This document shows, piece after piece, positions 39,388 through 47,973 of a stretch of 64,000 bases of DNA. Positions within the stretch are counted from its first letter, which is position 1. Each line of letters starts with the position of its first letter. The DNA is from an uncultured Actinomycetes bacterium. Its GTDB lineage: Bacteria; Actinomycetota; Acidimicrobiia; IMCC26256; JACDBD01. The notes beneath the pieces were generated by a model that made no database searches, was not told where the DNA came from, and saw only the letters and a list, made by a program, of their open reading frames with translations. The position numbers were made by a program, and so were the translations under genes. The stretch lies in assembly GCA_963781615.1 (NCBI GenBank), contig CAWAGI010000001.1, forward strand, positions 710,793-774,792, read 5' to 3'.

Positions 39388-40347
39388 TCAGCCGGCCGCC
39401 GCCTGCGATCGCCGCTCGAGCGTTGCGCTCGGTGACTCGCCGAACAGTGCCCGGTACTCACCGGCAAACCGACTCAGGTGCCAGAATCCGAAGTCGGACG
39501 CTGCACGGCTGACGGCGTCACGCACCGGGGGCCCCGAAAGAAGCGCGTTACGGACCTCGTGGAGTGCTGCGATGCGCAAGTAGGCGGTCGGTGACATACC
39601 GTAGGTCTCGTAGAACGCTTGGCGAACCCGCCGCTCCGATACAGCGGATGCCGCGCAAAGGTCGGCAAGCGTCACGCCTTGATATCGCGCTGCGGCTGCA
39701 TGTTCTTCGCACGCTCGAGCAATGCGCACACTATTGCGGCGCGCGTGCGGGACAGGCATTTCGCGGTTCGCGTCGCTGGTGAGCGACCGCGTTGCGAGCT
39801 CGAGCAGCGTATCGGCAATGATCGAAGCCTCGCGCCCGCTGCTCGTGTCCTCCTGCGCGTCACAAACCATACGGCGAACGCTGCCGAATCCGTTACGTAG
39901 CCGTGGCCAATCGGCGGCGTGCACCGCGCGGAACTCCCCTTGGTCTGGGAGGTCAAGTTCGACGCCGAGAGCTCGTGCCGTGCGATCTAGCGCTGTGAGC
40001 GGGAAGGAGATGAGCCCGAACTGGAACGGACCGGCGCTGGCACCCGCAACCTCCGTTGCCGGGCCATAAACGTTGAGAACGCCGGGGGCGAACGGTTCGC
40101 CGTTCAAGTGGCCGGACAGCTCGCGACGGAGGGGAGCCACGAGCGCGATGCGGTCGGCGAACGTCTCGCCACGTGTTACGACGGGAACCGAGTAGTCGCC
40201 GACTTCCACAAGAATCGGGTCTAGGTCGACCCTCACCAGATCGGCGCGAATGGCGCCCGGCCGCAGTGTCATCGGCGCCGTCCTCGCCGAGATGACTGGA
40301 TCGGCGAACTCATCCACGGTGGTGATCACCCGCCGGTCTGCCCACAT
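39388..40347 (-). CDS. AraC-family transcriptional regulator
   Basis: The ATG at 40347 is preceded by GGAGG. The C-terminal HTH pair reads VTLADLCAASAVSERRVRQAFYETYGMSPTAYLRIAALHEVRNALL...DFGFWHLSRFAGEYRALFGESP. Confidence 0.85.
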   Translation of the reverse strand: MWADRRVITTVDEFADPVISARTAPMTLRPGAIRADLVRVDLDPILVEVGDYSVPVVTRGETFADRIALVAPLRRELSGHLNGEPFAPGVLNVYGPATEVAGASAGPFQFGLISFPLTALDRTARALGVELDLPDQGEFRAVHAADWPRLRNGFGSVRRMVCDAQEDTSSGREASIIADTLLELATRSLTSDANREMPVPHARRNSVRIARACEEHAAAARYQGVTLADLCAASAVSERRVRQAFYETYGMSPTAYLRIAALHEVRNALLSGPPVRDAVSRAASDFGFWHLSRFAGEYRALFGESPSATLERRSQAAAG

Positions 40348-40453
40348 GTCCGACCTCCAACGCGGTGTCGGACTCTTGTACCGCGGGCTTGGCTGTCGGC
40401 TGTAGGGCAGTCCGACTGTTTGCACAGAGGACCTTGGTCACGAGAACAAAACA

Positions 40454-40549
40454 GCCGAATCCGGATAGCCCTTGCGACGCCGAACCGTCACGATCAGCTT
40501 GCACGACTAGCGACACCGTCGGAGCAATAGGTCAAAGGGGACTGCAGGT
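40454..40549 (+). promoter_or_regulatory. conserved leader element, copy A
   Basis: The sequence is GCCGAATCCGGATAGCCCTTGCGACGCCGAACCGTCACGATCAGCTTGCACGACTAGCGACACCGTCGGAGCAATAGGTCAAAGGGGACTGCAGGT. It is about 85% identical to copy C although the downstream genes are unrelated. Confidence 0.45.
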
Positions 40550-40613
40550 AGTGGGAGGATCGTTCCGGCAGGCGCAGGGGGCCGCGTCGCTCGTGGGCGC
40601 CGGCTAACAGCTG

Positions 40614-41342
40614 GTGCGTGTGGTCGCCGTCGGGACCGTGCATCTGCTCGCTTTCGGCTTCGAGTCGCAAGGCCGTTTGCCGCCCGACGCGATGAGCCGC
40701 CTTCACCGACTTCACGAACGTGGTGCGATCCGCTTGCTCGACGTCCTCTATGTCTCGAGGGACGAGCACGGGGTGCTCAGCCGGAAAAACGATGGTGAGG
40801 AACCCACAGTCAGCTCGGACCCGTCAGGGGCGACGCTGTGGCAGTTGCTCGAGGGCAACGGCGGCGACACGCTCCTGCCAGCATCCGTCGAGCTCCACAC
40901 CTCGTCCGAGGTCGGGCTCGACCTCCCAGCGGTAGAGGCCCTCGCCTATCAAATCGAACCCGGCACCTCCGCGCTACTCATCCTGGTCGAGATGCAATGG
41001 GCAACCGAGCTGCTCGAAGAGGTCGTTGCGGCAGGCGGCTTTCCAATCGTGTTCGGCTGCCTCCAGCCAGAGACGATGCTCGTCATTGGCCCGCAGCTTG
41101 CCACGGCCGCGGAGGCTGTGGTTGCTGCCGAGACCAAGTCCACGGCACACGGGATCGCGACGCTGGATTCCCTAGCGAGCCGACCCGAGATGTCGTCGAC
41201 CATCGTGGCCCAGGTTGTTCGTGCGCTCGTGGTCGCGCGTCTCATCGACCCGGCGCACATCGACGACACGATCAACGCTCTCGCCGATGCCGGTCTCGTC
41301 CCGTCGCCGTCGGTGGGAAACGATCAACCCCGGGGTCAATGA
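40614..41342 (+). CDS. DUF6325/DUF1269-like domain protein
   Basis: 242 aa. The N-terminal half resembles the protein at 50549 (…LLAFGFES…IRLLDVLYVSRDEHG…GTSALLILVEMQWA…). Confidence 0.7.
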   Translation: MRVVAVGTVHLLAFGFESQGRLPPDAMSRLHRLHERGAIRLLDVLYVSRDEHGVLSRKNDGEEPTVSSDPSGATLWQLLEGNGGDTLLPASVELHTSSEVGLDLPAVEALAYQIEPGTSALLILVEMQWATELLEEVVAAGGFPIVFGCLQPETMLVIGPQLATAAEAVVAAETKSTAHGIATLDSLASRPEMSSTIVAQVVRALVVARLIDPAHIDDTINALADAGLVPSPSVGNDQPRGQ

Positions 41343-41617
41343 CCAGAGGACGCCAGCTTCTCAGACAGCGCGGCCATCAGCGCCACCGAGCGAAGCGACT
41401 GGCCTCGCTACAAACGCGCCGTCATCGCCTCCGACGTGCCCAACGGCCCCTGAGCCGAGTACACCCGCCCGTGGGCCGCCGCGAAACTCCCGATCAGAGC
41501 AGAACGCATCAGGGAGTCCCGAGCAGCGTCCTGGCGCGACGCGACTCTAGGGTTCGAGTTCGATCTCGCCCGGTTTGTCAAATTGCAAATTCGAGTGAAC
41601 TCCGTACGAGGCTCGAC

Positions 41618-42451
41618 ATGTCCAAGAAGCACAAGCACGATCTGGGATCTGACGTGAACGCGGAGGTCGCGCCGACGGGAAGGATGAAGAAGAAGGAATA
41701 CCAGCGTGAGCTACGCCGCCTCCACGGTGAGCTCGTGGCAATGCAGGAGTGGGTGAAGCGCGCGGGCGCGAAGGTGTGCGTCGTGTTCGAAGGCCGCGAC
41801 ACCGCTGGCGAGGGCGGGACGATCAAGGCGATCATTGAGCGCGTGAGCCCACGCGTGTTCCGCGTCATCGCGCTGCCCGCGCCGACCGAGCGTGAGAAGT
41901 CCCAGATGTACGCGCAGCGATTCATCGGTCACTTCCCCGCCGCCGGCGAGATCGTGATCTTCGACCGAAGCTGGTACAACCGCGCGGGCATCGAGCGGGT
42001 TATGGGATTCTGCAACGAAGAGGAGTCGGCGCGCTTCCTCCGTCTCGTTCCGTCTTTCGAGAGGGCGATGGTCGATTCCGGCATCCTGCTGGTGAAGTAC
42101 TGGGGCGAGGTCGATCAGCAGGAACAGATGCGCCGGCTCAAGAGCCGGATTGACGACCCCCGCAAGATCTGGAAGCTCTCGGACATGGATCTCAAGTCCT
42201 ACACACACTGGTACGACTACTCGCGTGCGCGTGACGATATGTTCGCCGCGACACACACCGCATGGGCGCCGTGGTACCTCGCGTGGACCGACGACAAGAA
42301 ACGCGGTCGCCTCAATGTCATCGCCCACCTGCTTCAACACGTGCCCTACGAACCGCTGGAACGCAAACCGGTCACCCTCCCCGACCGTCGGAAGGCCCAC
42401 GGGTACGAGGAGGCCGACCTGTCCGCGCTCACGATCCCAGCACCGTACTGA
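41618..42451 (+). CDS. ppk2: polyphosphate kinase 2 (PPK2 family)
   Basis: The sequence reads MSKKHKHD...VVFEGRDTAGEGGTIK...IFDRSWYNRAGIERVMGF...KIWKLSDMDL...APWYLAWTDDKKRGRLN. The 277-aa length is typical of one-domain PPK2. Confidence 0.92.
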   Translation: MSKKHKHDLGSDVNAEVAPTGRMKKKEYQRELRRLHGELVAMQEWVKRAGAKVCVVFEGRDTAGEGGTIKAIIERVSPRVFRVIALPAPTEREKSQMYAQRFIGHFPAAGEIVIFDRSWYNRAGIERVMGFCNEEESARFLRLVPSFERAMVDSGILLVKYWGEVDQQEQMRRLKSRIDDPRKIWKLSDMDLKSYTHWYDYSRARDDMFAATHTAWAPWYLAWTDDKKRGRLNVIAHLLQHVPYEPLERKPVTLPDRRKAHGYEEADLSALTIPAPY

Positions 42452-42472
42452 GCGCGAACGGGAGGACAGCGA

Positions 42473-42631
42473 ATGAGTGAAGCCCGCTGCGCAGTGTGCG
42501 AACGCCCACTTGCACCAGGCGATTGGGTGTACGAGACGAGACGCCAGGACAAGTGGGTCCACGGCGGCTGCCTGGACGTGTACAGCGCCCATTACTGGCC
42601 GGGTGAAGCGCCCGCGAGCCGAAAGCGGTAA
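42473..42631 (+). CDS. small Cys/His protein (52 aa)
   Basis: The ATG is preceded by GGAGGA 6 nt upstream. The sequence is MSEARCAVCERPLAPGDWVYETRRQDKWVHGGCLDVYSAHYWPGEAPASRKR. It is below the ORF-track size cut-off. Confidence 0.45.
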   Translation: MSEARCAVCERPLAPGDWVYETRRQDKWVHGGCLDVYSAHYWPGEAPASRKR

Positions 42632-43007
42632 ACCTTTCGAAACGCCGAGGAGATGAGGTGACTCCATCTTCCTGGCTAGCGCATCTCGCCTTGCGTCTCG
42701 AGTTCCCCACGCTTGTAGGGCGCAGCGTCGAAGTGTTCGAGTAGTTCCAGGGCCTCGCCCCGGCTGAGCGTCGGCGCGCCGAGCGGAAGCATCGCTAGCG
42801 ATCCCGCCGGTTCTTGACGGGTTCCGGGATCGGCAGCTCGGCCACCTGCCTTGACGCAAGCCGAACACGTGTGCTTGAAGTCTCCGCCGCGCTCGTCTAC
42901 TGGCTCCGGGCGAATGCGACCGGGCGGCCCGCGGCGCCGTTCAGACCCGACCCGGCTGGTGGAAGCAGGTCGCTCACGACGTGTCGACGACCCGACGGCG
43001 AGTAGTT

Positions 43008-43084
43008 GCCGAATCCGGATAGCCCGACTCCGGGGCTGGTCCGTAGGGTCGGGATCGGCACACAGTCCACCGTCGGGAGATCCC
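43008..43084 (+). promoter_or_regulatory. conserved leader element, copy B (shorter, diverged middle)
   Basis: It shares GCCGAATCCGGATAGCCC (18/18) and ..GATCGGCACAC..CACCGTCGGGAG with copy A, and it runs directly into the GTG at 43085. Confidence 0.35.
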
Positions 43085-43333
43085 GTGCTCGCATACGACT
43101 ACCCACTGCTTGGCGTGTTCTGGACCCTGGTCCTTGTGTCGTTCTTCTTCCTGGTGATCTTCGCGATCATCTGGGCGTTCATCGACAACTTCCGCCGCAA
43201 GGACCACAGCGGCTGGGCCAAAGCCGGCTGGTTCCTCTTCATTCTCTTCCTGCCCCTCCTCGGGGTCTTCTGCTACCTCATCGCTCGGCCCGCTGATGTG
43301 GACGTGCTGGAAGGGCAGCCCCAATACCAGTAG
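43085..43333 (+). CDS. PLDc_N-type small membrane protein (PLD nuclease N-terminal domain family)
   Basis: The sequence is VLAYDYPLLGVFWTLVLVSFFFLVIFAIIWAFIDNFRRKDHSGWAKAGWFLFILFLPLLGVFCYLIARP. Confidence 0.78.
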   Translation: MLAYDYPLLGVFWTLVLVSFFFLVIFAIIWAFIDNFRRKDHSGWAKAGWFLFILFLPLLGVFCYLIARPADVDVLEGQPQYQ

Positions 43334-43896
43334 GAGGCGCGACGGACTGGATTCGGCCGGTCCGCGCGGTGACCGCGCTGTCCTTCGGGTCTGGTCGCAG
43401 TTGGCAAAGGAGCACCGCCGAGTGGTCTATCGCGAGCCCGTCGGATCAATTTCATGCCGACTAGTACCCAAGGAACACCGCCGTTCGTCCGCGGAAAGGC
43501 GACGAGCGTGTCCAGCCACACCGTCCGCGACCGCGCGACCCACGTCCATCGAGCACGCGCTGCAGGACCTAGACCTCTAGACACTCGAGGCGCTTCGTAT
43601 CGATCCTCAGCAGTCCGAACCTCGCAACACTGCCGCGCTCACGGCAGGGCGGCATCCCTCTTGGCCTCAATCGAGTGTTCGCGGCATGGAGCTTCGACGA
43701 CCCGCACGGAACGTGACCTAGGGACTCGAATCCGAGTCTCGCGCCAATCGGTTGCCCCGCCGGCGTCGGGCCCTAGTCGTGATCCCGGTGATCTTAAGCG
43801 TCGTCCTGTTGCCCATTGCAGGCTAACGGTGTGGATGCGACACGTGGTCCTCGATGCGGACGAGTACGTCGACACGGTCGCGCCGTTGGCGAAGCG

Positions 43897-44202
43897 ATGA
43901 CCACGAGCTACCGAGCCACGGGCGACGACGGGACCTCGGTCCAGGTCTCGCTCATCGACCCAGACACCCGGACTTGGGAAGTCGTCGTTCAACATCCGCC
44001 GTCGCGGTTCGGCCGTCTGATGGCCGAGCTCAGGCGTCACAGCCCTTCCCACCACCAGGTCTCCTCGGCGCGCCGGGAACGCCACGAAGTTCGCGACCCA
44101 CAGCTCGAGGACAGCCTGCGCGCAAGCCTCGGCGGGCCTCGGTCGGCTGAGGAACTCCTCCATCGCATCCGGGCCGACCACGGTCCAGCCGCTGCGGGCT
44201 GA
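43897..44202 (+). CDS. hypothetical protein (101 aa)
   Basis: Third-codon-position GC is clearly higher in this frame than in the overlapping minus-strand ORF 43639..44205. I do not recognise a family, and the RBS is weak. Confidence 0.4.
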   Translation: MTTSYRATGDDGTSVQVSLIDPDTRTWEVVVQHPPSRFGRLMAELRRHSPSHHQVSSARRERHEVRDPQLEDSLRASLGGPRSAEELLHRIRADHGPAAAG

Positions 44203-44282
44203 CAATGCCGTATTCGCCCTCCTCGTCCGTCTGCCGCGGCGTTCGAAGCGCGCGGGCGTGACGCCATCGAAGTGGAGGCACC

Positions 44283-45660
44283 GTGACTACAGATGCAGCA
44301 AAAGAGCCTTCACCCGTCCCGATGCGCCGGCGCCTGGCGGCCATCGTGGCGCTGGTGACGTCGGTAGTTCTCGCCCTCTACGTCCTCGCGGTGCTCTTCG
44401 GGCACGGCGCGGATCTGTTGTTCGGACTCATCGGCGTGAGCGTCGCGCTCGCGGGCGGGTGGTGGTTGGTCACAGAGAGGATGCCGCGGCGTCTCTTCGG
44501 GATCGTCAGCGTTGTCGTCGGCCTGGTCGCGCTCGGCGTGATCATCGCGGCGAACGCTCGACGGTGCGGATCGCATCGCCATTCGAATCGTGATCCTGGT
44601 CGCGCTCATGGCCGTGACGCTTGCCTGCGCTCGCGGTGCGATGGTGCAGGACCTCGATCGGCTCGACGTCCGCGTCCGCGCTGGTGGGCGACCGCGCCAC
44701 GCGGTGTTGCTGTGCAACCCGAAGTCGGGCGGCGGCAAGGTCAAGAAGTTCGGCCTGGTCGAACTGGCGCACGAGCTCGGCGTGGAGGCGGTGATGCTCG
44801 AACCCGGTCGCGACCTCGAACAGCTGGCACGCGACGCCATCGCGCGCGGTGCGGACTGCCTGGGCATGGCCGGCGGTGACGGTTCGCAAGCGCTGGTGGC
44901 GTCGATCGCTATCGAGCACGGATTGCCCTTCGTTTGCGTCAGCGCAGGTACACGCAACCACTTCGCTCTCGACCTCGGACTCGACCGCGACGATCCTCGC
45001 GAGTCGATGTTCGCCTTCCGTGATGCGGTCGAACGCCGTGTCGACTACACGACCGTCAACGACCGTCTCTTCGTCAACAACGTGTCCCTTGGCGTGTACG
45101 CGGAGATCGTGCAGCAAGAGTCGTACCGCGACGCCAAGCGCGAGACGACGAAGGCGCTGCTTCCCGAGATGTTGAACCGCCACTCCGAACCGTTCGATCT
45201 GCAGTTCACGACAAGAGACGGCGAAGGCGTCGACGGCGCCATCATCGTCATGGTCTCGAACAACCCGTATGTGATCGGCGTGTCGGCCGACAACGCCGAA
45301 CGCCGCCGCCTCGATTCGGGCGAGCTCGGTGTCTTCGCGGTGACCACGAGGACCGGCAGCGAGGCGGCGCGGCTCTTCGCCGCCGCCGCGATCGGGGGAC
45401 GAAAGCGCAGCACATTCTGGAAGGAGTTCACCGCGACCAGCTTCAAGGTGCGCTCACGATCCGGCACGGCCTTCGCAGGCGTCGACGGCGAAGCGCTGCA
45501 GATGCCGACGCCGCTCCAGTTCCACATCCACGCCCGCGGCCTCACGCTGCTCGTTCCCGCCGGGAACCTCGAGGCCGCCGAACGCCGACGCGCCCGCGAC
45601 GTCAGCCCCGGCGACCTCCTCGCCGTCGCTGCCGGCCACGAGCCGAAGCGTCGCATTTGA
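44283..45660 (+). CDS. membrane-anchored diacylglycerol/lipid kinase (DAGK_cat, YegS/LCB5-like); frame break ~44545-44560
   Basis: The TM N-terminus is in ORF 44283..44879 (…LAAIVALVTSVVLALYVLAVLFG…GIVSVVVGLVALGVIIAA). The kinase domain is in ORF 44590..45660 (AVLLCNPKSGGGK...GMAGGDGSQALV...VSAGTRNHFALDLG). Confidence 0.8.
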
Positions 45661-45846
45661 GCCACCGCCACACCGTGAGCCGACTGCGCCGCTGCTCTGG
45701 CGCGAGGTCCTGAACATCTCGGCAGCCTCCAAGCGGCGCGGGCGAGGCGGTTGTGGTCGGGACTGCTATCGGACCACGCCATCTACGACCTAGCCGATCG
45801 CGGCCACCCGGGTCCCTTCAGGCGCCGACGCGTGATTCCCGACCGC

Positions 45847-45943
45847 GCCGAATCGGGATAGCCCTCGCGGCGCTGAACCGTCACGATCGGGTCGCACAAC
45901 TGGCGACATCGCGGGAGCAATGCGTCAAAAGGGGATCTCAGGT
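45847..45943 (+). promoter_or_regulatory. conserved leader element, copy C
   Basis: The sequence is GCCGAATCGGGATAGCCCTCGCGGCGCTGAACCGTCACGATCGGGTCGCACAACTGGCGACATCGCGGGAGCAATGCGTCAAAAGGGGATCTCAGGT. It lies 73 nt upstream of GTG 46016. Confidence 0.45.
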
Positions 45944-46015
45944 GGCGTGACGCCATCGTTGGCCGGATCATCGACGCAGGGTCGGTCCGTGAGGACCTAC
46001 GAAGGAGGATCCAGC

Positions 46016-46441
46016 GTGACGCAGCAAACCTATGGACAGGAATATGGACAAGAGACCGAGCGCACCGGATGGACGGGATGGGTCGTCTTCGCCGGGGTGA
46101 TGATGCTCATCGGGGGATCGCTGGCCTCGATCTTCGGGATCGTCGCGATCGTCAACGACGACTGGGTGGTGTTCACGAACAGAAATGCGGTGTCCATCGA
46201 CCTGACGACTTGGGGATGGATCCAGCTCATCGGGGGCATCGTCGTTTTCCTAGCCGGCTTGGGCGTGTTCACCGGCAGTGTCCTCGCAAGGACAGTCGGA
46301 GTCATCGTCGCCTCGCTCAGCCTGATCGGCAGTTTCCTGTGGCTTCCGGTGTACCCGATCTGGGCCATCATCGTTATCACGATCGACGCCCTCGTCATCT
46401 GGGCGCTGACCGCCCACGGCGGCGAGATGCGCAGCTACTGA
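46016..46441 (+). CDS. actinobacterial 4-TM membrane protein (DUF7144-like; family name from memory)
   Basis: The GTG at 46016 is preceded by GAAGGAGGA. The sequence reads ...GWTGWVVFAGVMMLIGGSLASIFGIVAIVNDDWVV...YPIWAIIVITIDALVIWALTAHGGEMRSY. Confidence 0.78.
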   Translation: MTQQTYGQEYGQETERTGWTGWVVFAGVMMLIGGSLASIFGIVAIVNDDWVVFTNRNAVSIDLTTWGWIQLIGGIVVFLAGLGVFTGSVLARTVGVIVASLSLIGSFLWLPVYPIWAIIVITIDALVIWALTAHGGEMRSY

Positions 46442-46564
46442 CCGCCGTCCTCGACCACGACAAGCAGCGTCGCGTACCTCATCAGGGTGTGACCGCATGC
46501 TCTATTCCGGTTCACATCTTCGGGTTGCCGCGACGGCTCGCCGACGCATCTCTCAGGTGAAGCT

Positions 46565-47956
46565 GTGAACGCAGAGCCAACGACCGTCGGTCTGGGCCGC
46601 ATGCTCTTTCCGCTTGCGTTGGCGCAGTTCATCTGCAGCTTTGCGGGCTCGAACATGAACGTGATGATCAATGACATCAGCAAGGATCTCGACACGAGCG
46701 TCCAAGGCGTCCAGGTGGCGATCACGCTCTTCTTGCTCGTCATGGCGGCGCTGATGATTCCGGGCGGGAAGCTGACCGACCGATGGGGCCGAATCCGGTG
46801 CTTCAGGCTCGGGCTGATGATCTACTGCATCGGCGCGTTGATGAGCGCGGTATCTCCCGGGCTCGGCGTGCTCATTCTCGGCAACTCGATCTTCGAGGGT
46901 GTGGGTACGGCGCTTCTCATTCCGCCCGTCTACATCCTCACGACACTGCTGTTCACCGATGTGCCGTCGCGTGCCCGCGCCTTCGGTATCATCAGCGCCG
47001 CTGGCGGCATCGGCGCCGCCTCCGGCCCACTGATCGGTGGGCTCATCACGACGGCGATCAGCTGGCGCGCAGCGTTCGTCTTCCAGGCACTCGTGGTCGT
47101 GGCGATCCTGCTCCTCGCGCGCCGCATCCAGGATCCCGTACCCGCCGACCCCACGCGGCCCTTCGACCTGTCGGGTGCGGTGCTGCAGGCGGTCGGGCTC
47201 GTGCTGCTCGTTACTGGCATTCTCGCCGCCGACAACAGCGCGGTGGCCGTGGTCGTGCTGATCGCCGCGGGAACGCTGTTCATGGTCGGCTTCTTCGTCC
47301 ATGTGCGCCGGCTGGAGCGGGCCGATAAGGAACCACTGCTGTCGACCGCGCTATTCCGCAACCGCACGTCGAACCTTGGGCTCGTCACCCAGAACGTGCA
47401 GTGGCTCATGATCATGGGGACTTCGTTCGTCGTGTCGGCATTCCTTCAGGTCGTGCGTGGCTACAACGCCATCGAAACCGGCGTCATTTTCACTGCGATG
47501 ACCGTCGGCCTCCTGGGGTCGTCGCTTGCCGCGGGCCGGCTCGTGAAGCGGCACGCGCAGAAGACCTTGATCCTCACTGGATTCGCCGTGACGATCGTTG
47601 GCATCCCGCTGCTGCTGGCGATGGTACGAGGCTCACCCAGCGCGTGGGCCTTCGCGCCGGGGCTCTTCTTCATCGGTCTCGGCGCCGGGACGATGCTGAC
47701 GCCGTCGGTCAATGTCGTGCAGTCCGCGTTCCCCGAGGAACAACAAGGCGAGATCTCCGGCCTCTCGCGCAGCGTGTCGAACCTCGGCTCGTCGCTCGGC
47801 ACCGCAATTGCCGGCACCATCCTCGTCGGCGGCCTCACCTCACCCGACCACGCCTACGGCGCGGCCATGATCGCCCTTGGAGCGCTCGGCCTGATCGGCC
47901 TCGGCGCAGCGCTGTTCCTTCCCACCGAGAAGACCCGCGCCCCAATCGCCGAATAG
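46565..47956 (+). CDS. MFS transporter (DHA2/EmrB-like)
   Basis: 463-aa intact multi-TM ORF with motif A-like GKLTDRWGRIR. Confidence 0.9.
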   Translation: MNAEPTTVGLGRMLFPLALAQFICSFAGSNMNVMINDISKDLDTSVQGVQVAITLFLLVMAALMIPGGKLTDRWGRIRCFRLGLMIYCIGALMSAVSPGLGVLILGNSIFEGVGTALLIPPVYILTTLLFTDVPSRARAFGIISAAGGIGAASGPLIGGLITTAISWRAAFVFQALVVVAILLLARRIQDPVPADPTRPFDLSGAVLQAVGLVLLVTGILAADNSAVAVVVLIAAGTLFMVGFFVHVRRLERADKEPLLSTALFRNRTSNLGLVTQNVQWLMIMGTSFVVSAFLQVVRGYNAIETGVIFTAMTVGLLGSSLAAGRLVKRHAQKTLILTGFAVTIVGIPLLLAMVRGSPSAWAFAPGLFFIGLGAGTMLTPSVNVVQSAFPEEQQGEISGLSRSVSNLGSSLGTAIAGTILVGGLTSPDHAYGAAMIALGALGLIGLGAALFLPTEKTRAPIAE

Positions 47957-47973
47957 CCAAAGAAAGGACCAGT

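Noticed and set aside
42677-42792. 38-aa minus-strand ORF (MLPLGAPTLSRGEALELLEHFDAAPYKRGELETQGEMR) in the ppk2-PLDc_N spacer, considered as an antitoxin-like or remnant gene.
   Set aside because: It has no RBS, no partner gene and no recognisable family.
43340-43365. Inverted partial copy of the leader's first block (GGCCGAATCCAG on the minus strand) just after the PLDc_N gene, which would make that gene a cassette flanked by inverted repeats.
   Set aside because: Only about 11 nt match, which chance occurrence can explain.
43639-44205. 188-aa minus-strand ORF overlapping the 101-aa plus-strand ORF.
   Set aside because: Third-position GC is clearly higher in the plus frame (43897..44202), so the minus ORF is probably the shadow. 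Neither has a recognisable family, so confidence stays low.
40454-45943. Possibility that the 3-copy leader is a ydaO/c-di-AMP riboswitch. CCGAAUCCG..AGCC and GGGGA blocks resemble parts of that motif.
   Set aside because: The blocks are in the wrong order, the characteristic GGGGACCCA and second GAAUC half are missing, and I could not build the pseudo-symmetric fold. The element stays unclassified.
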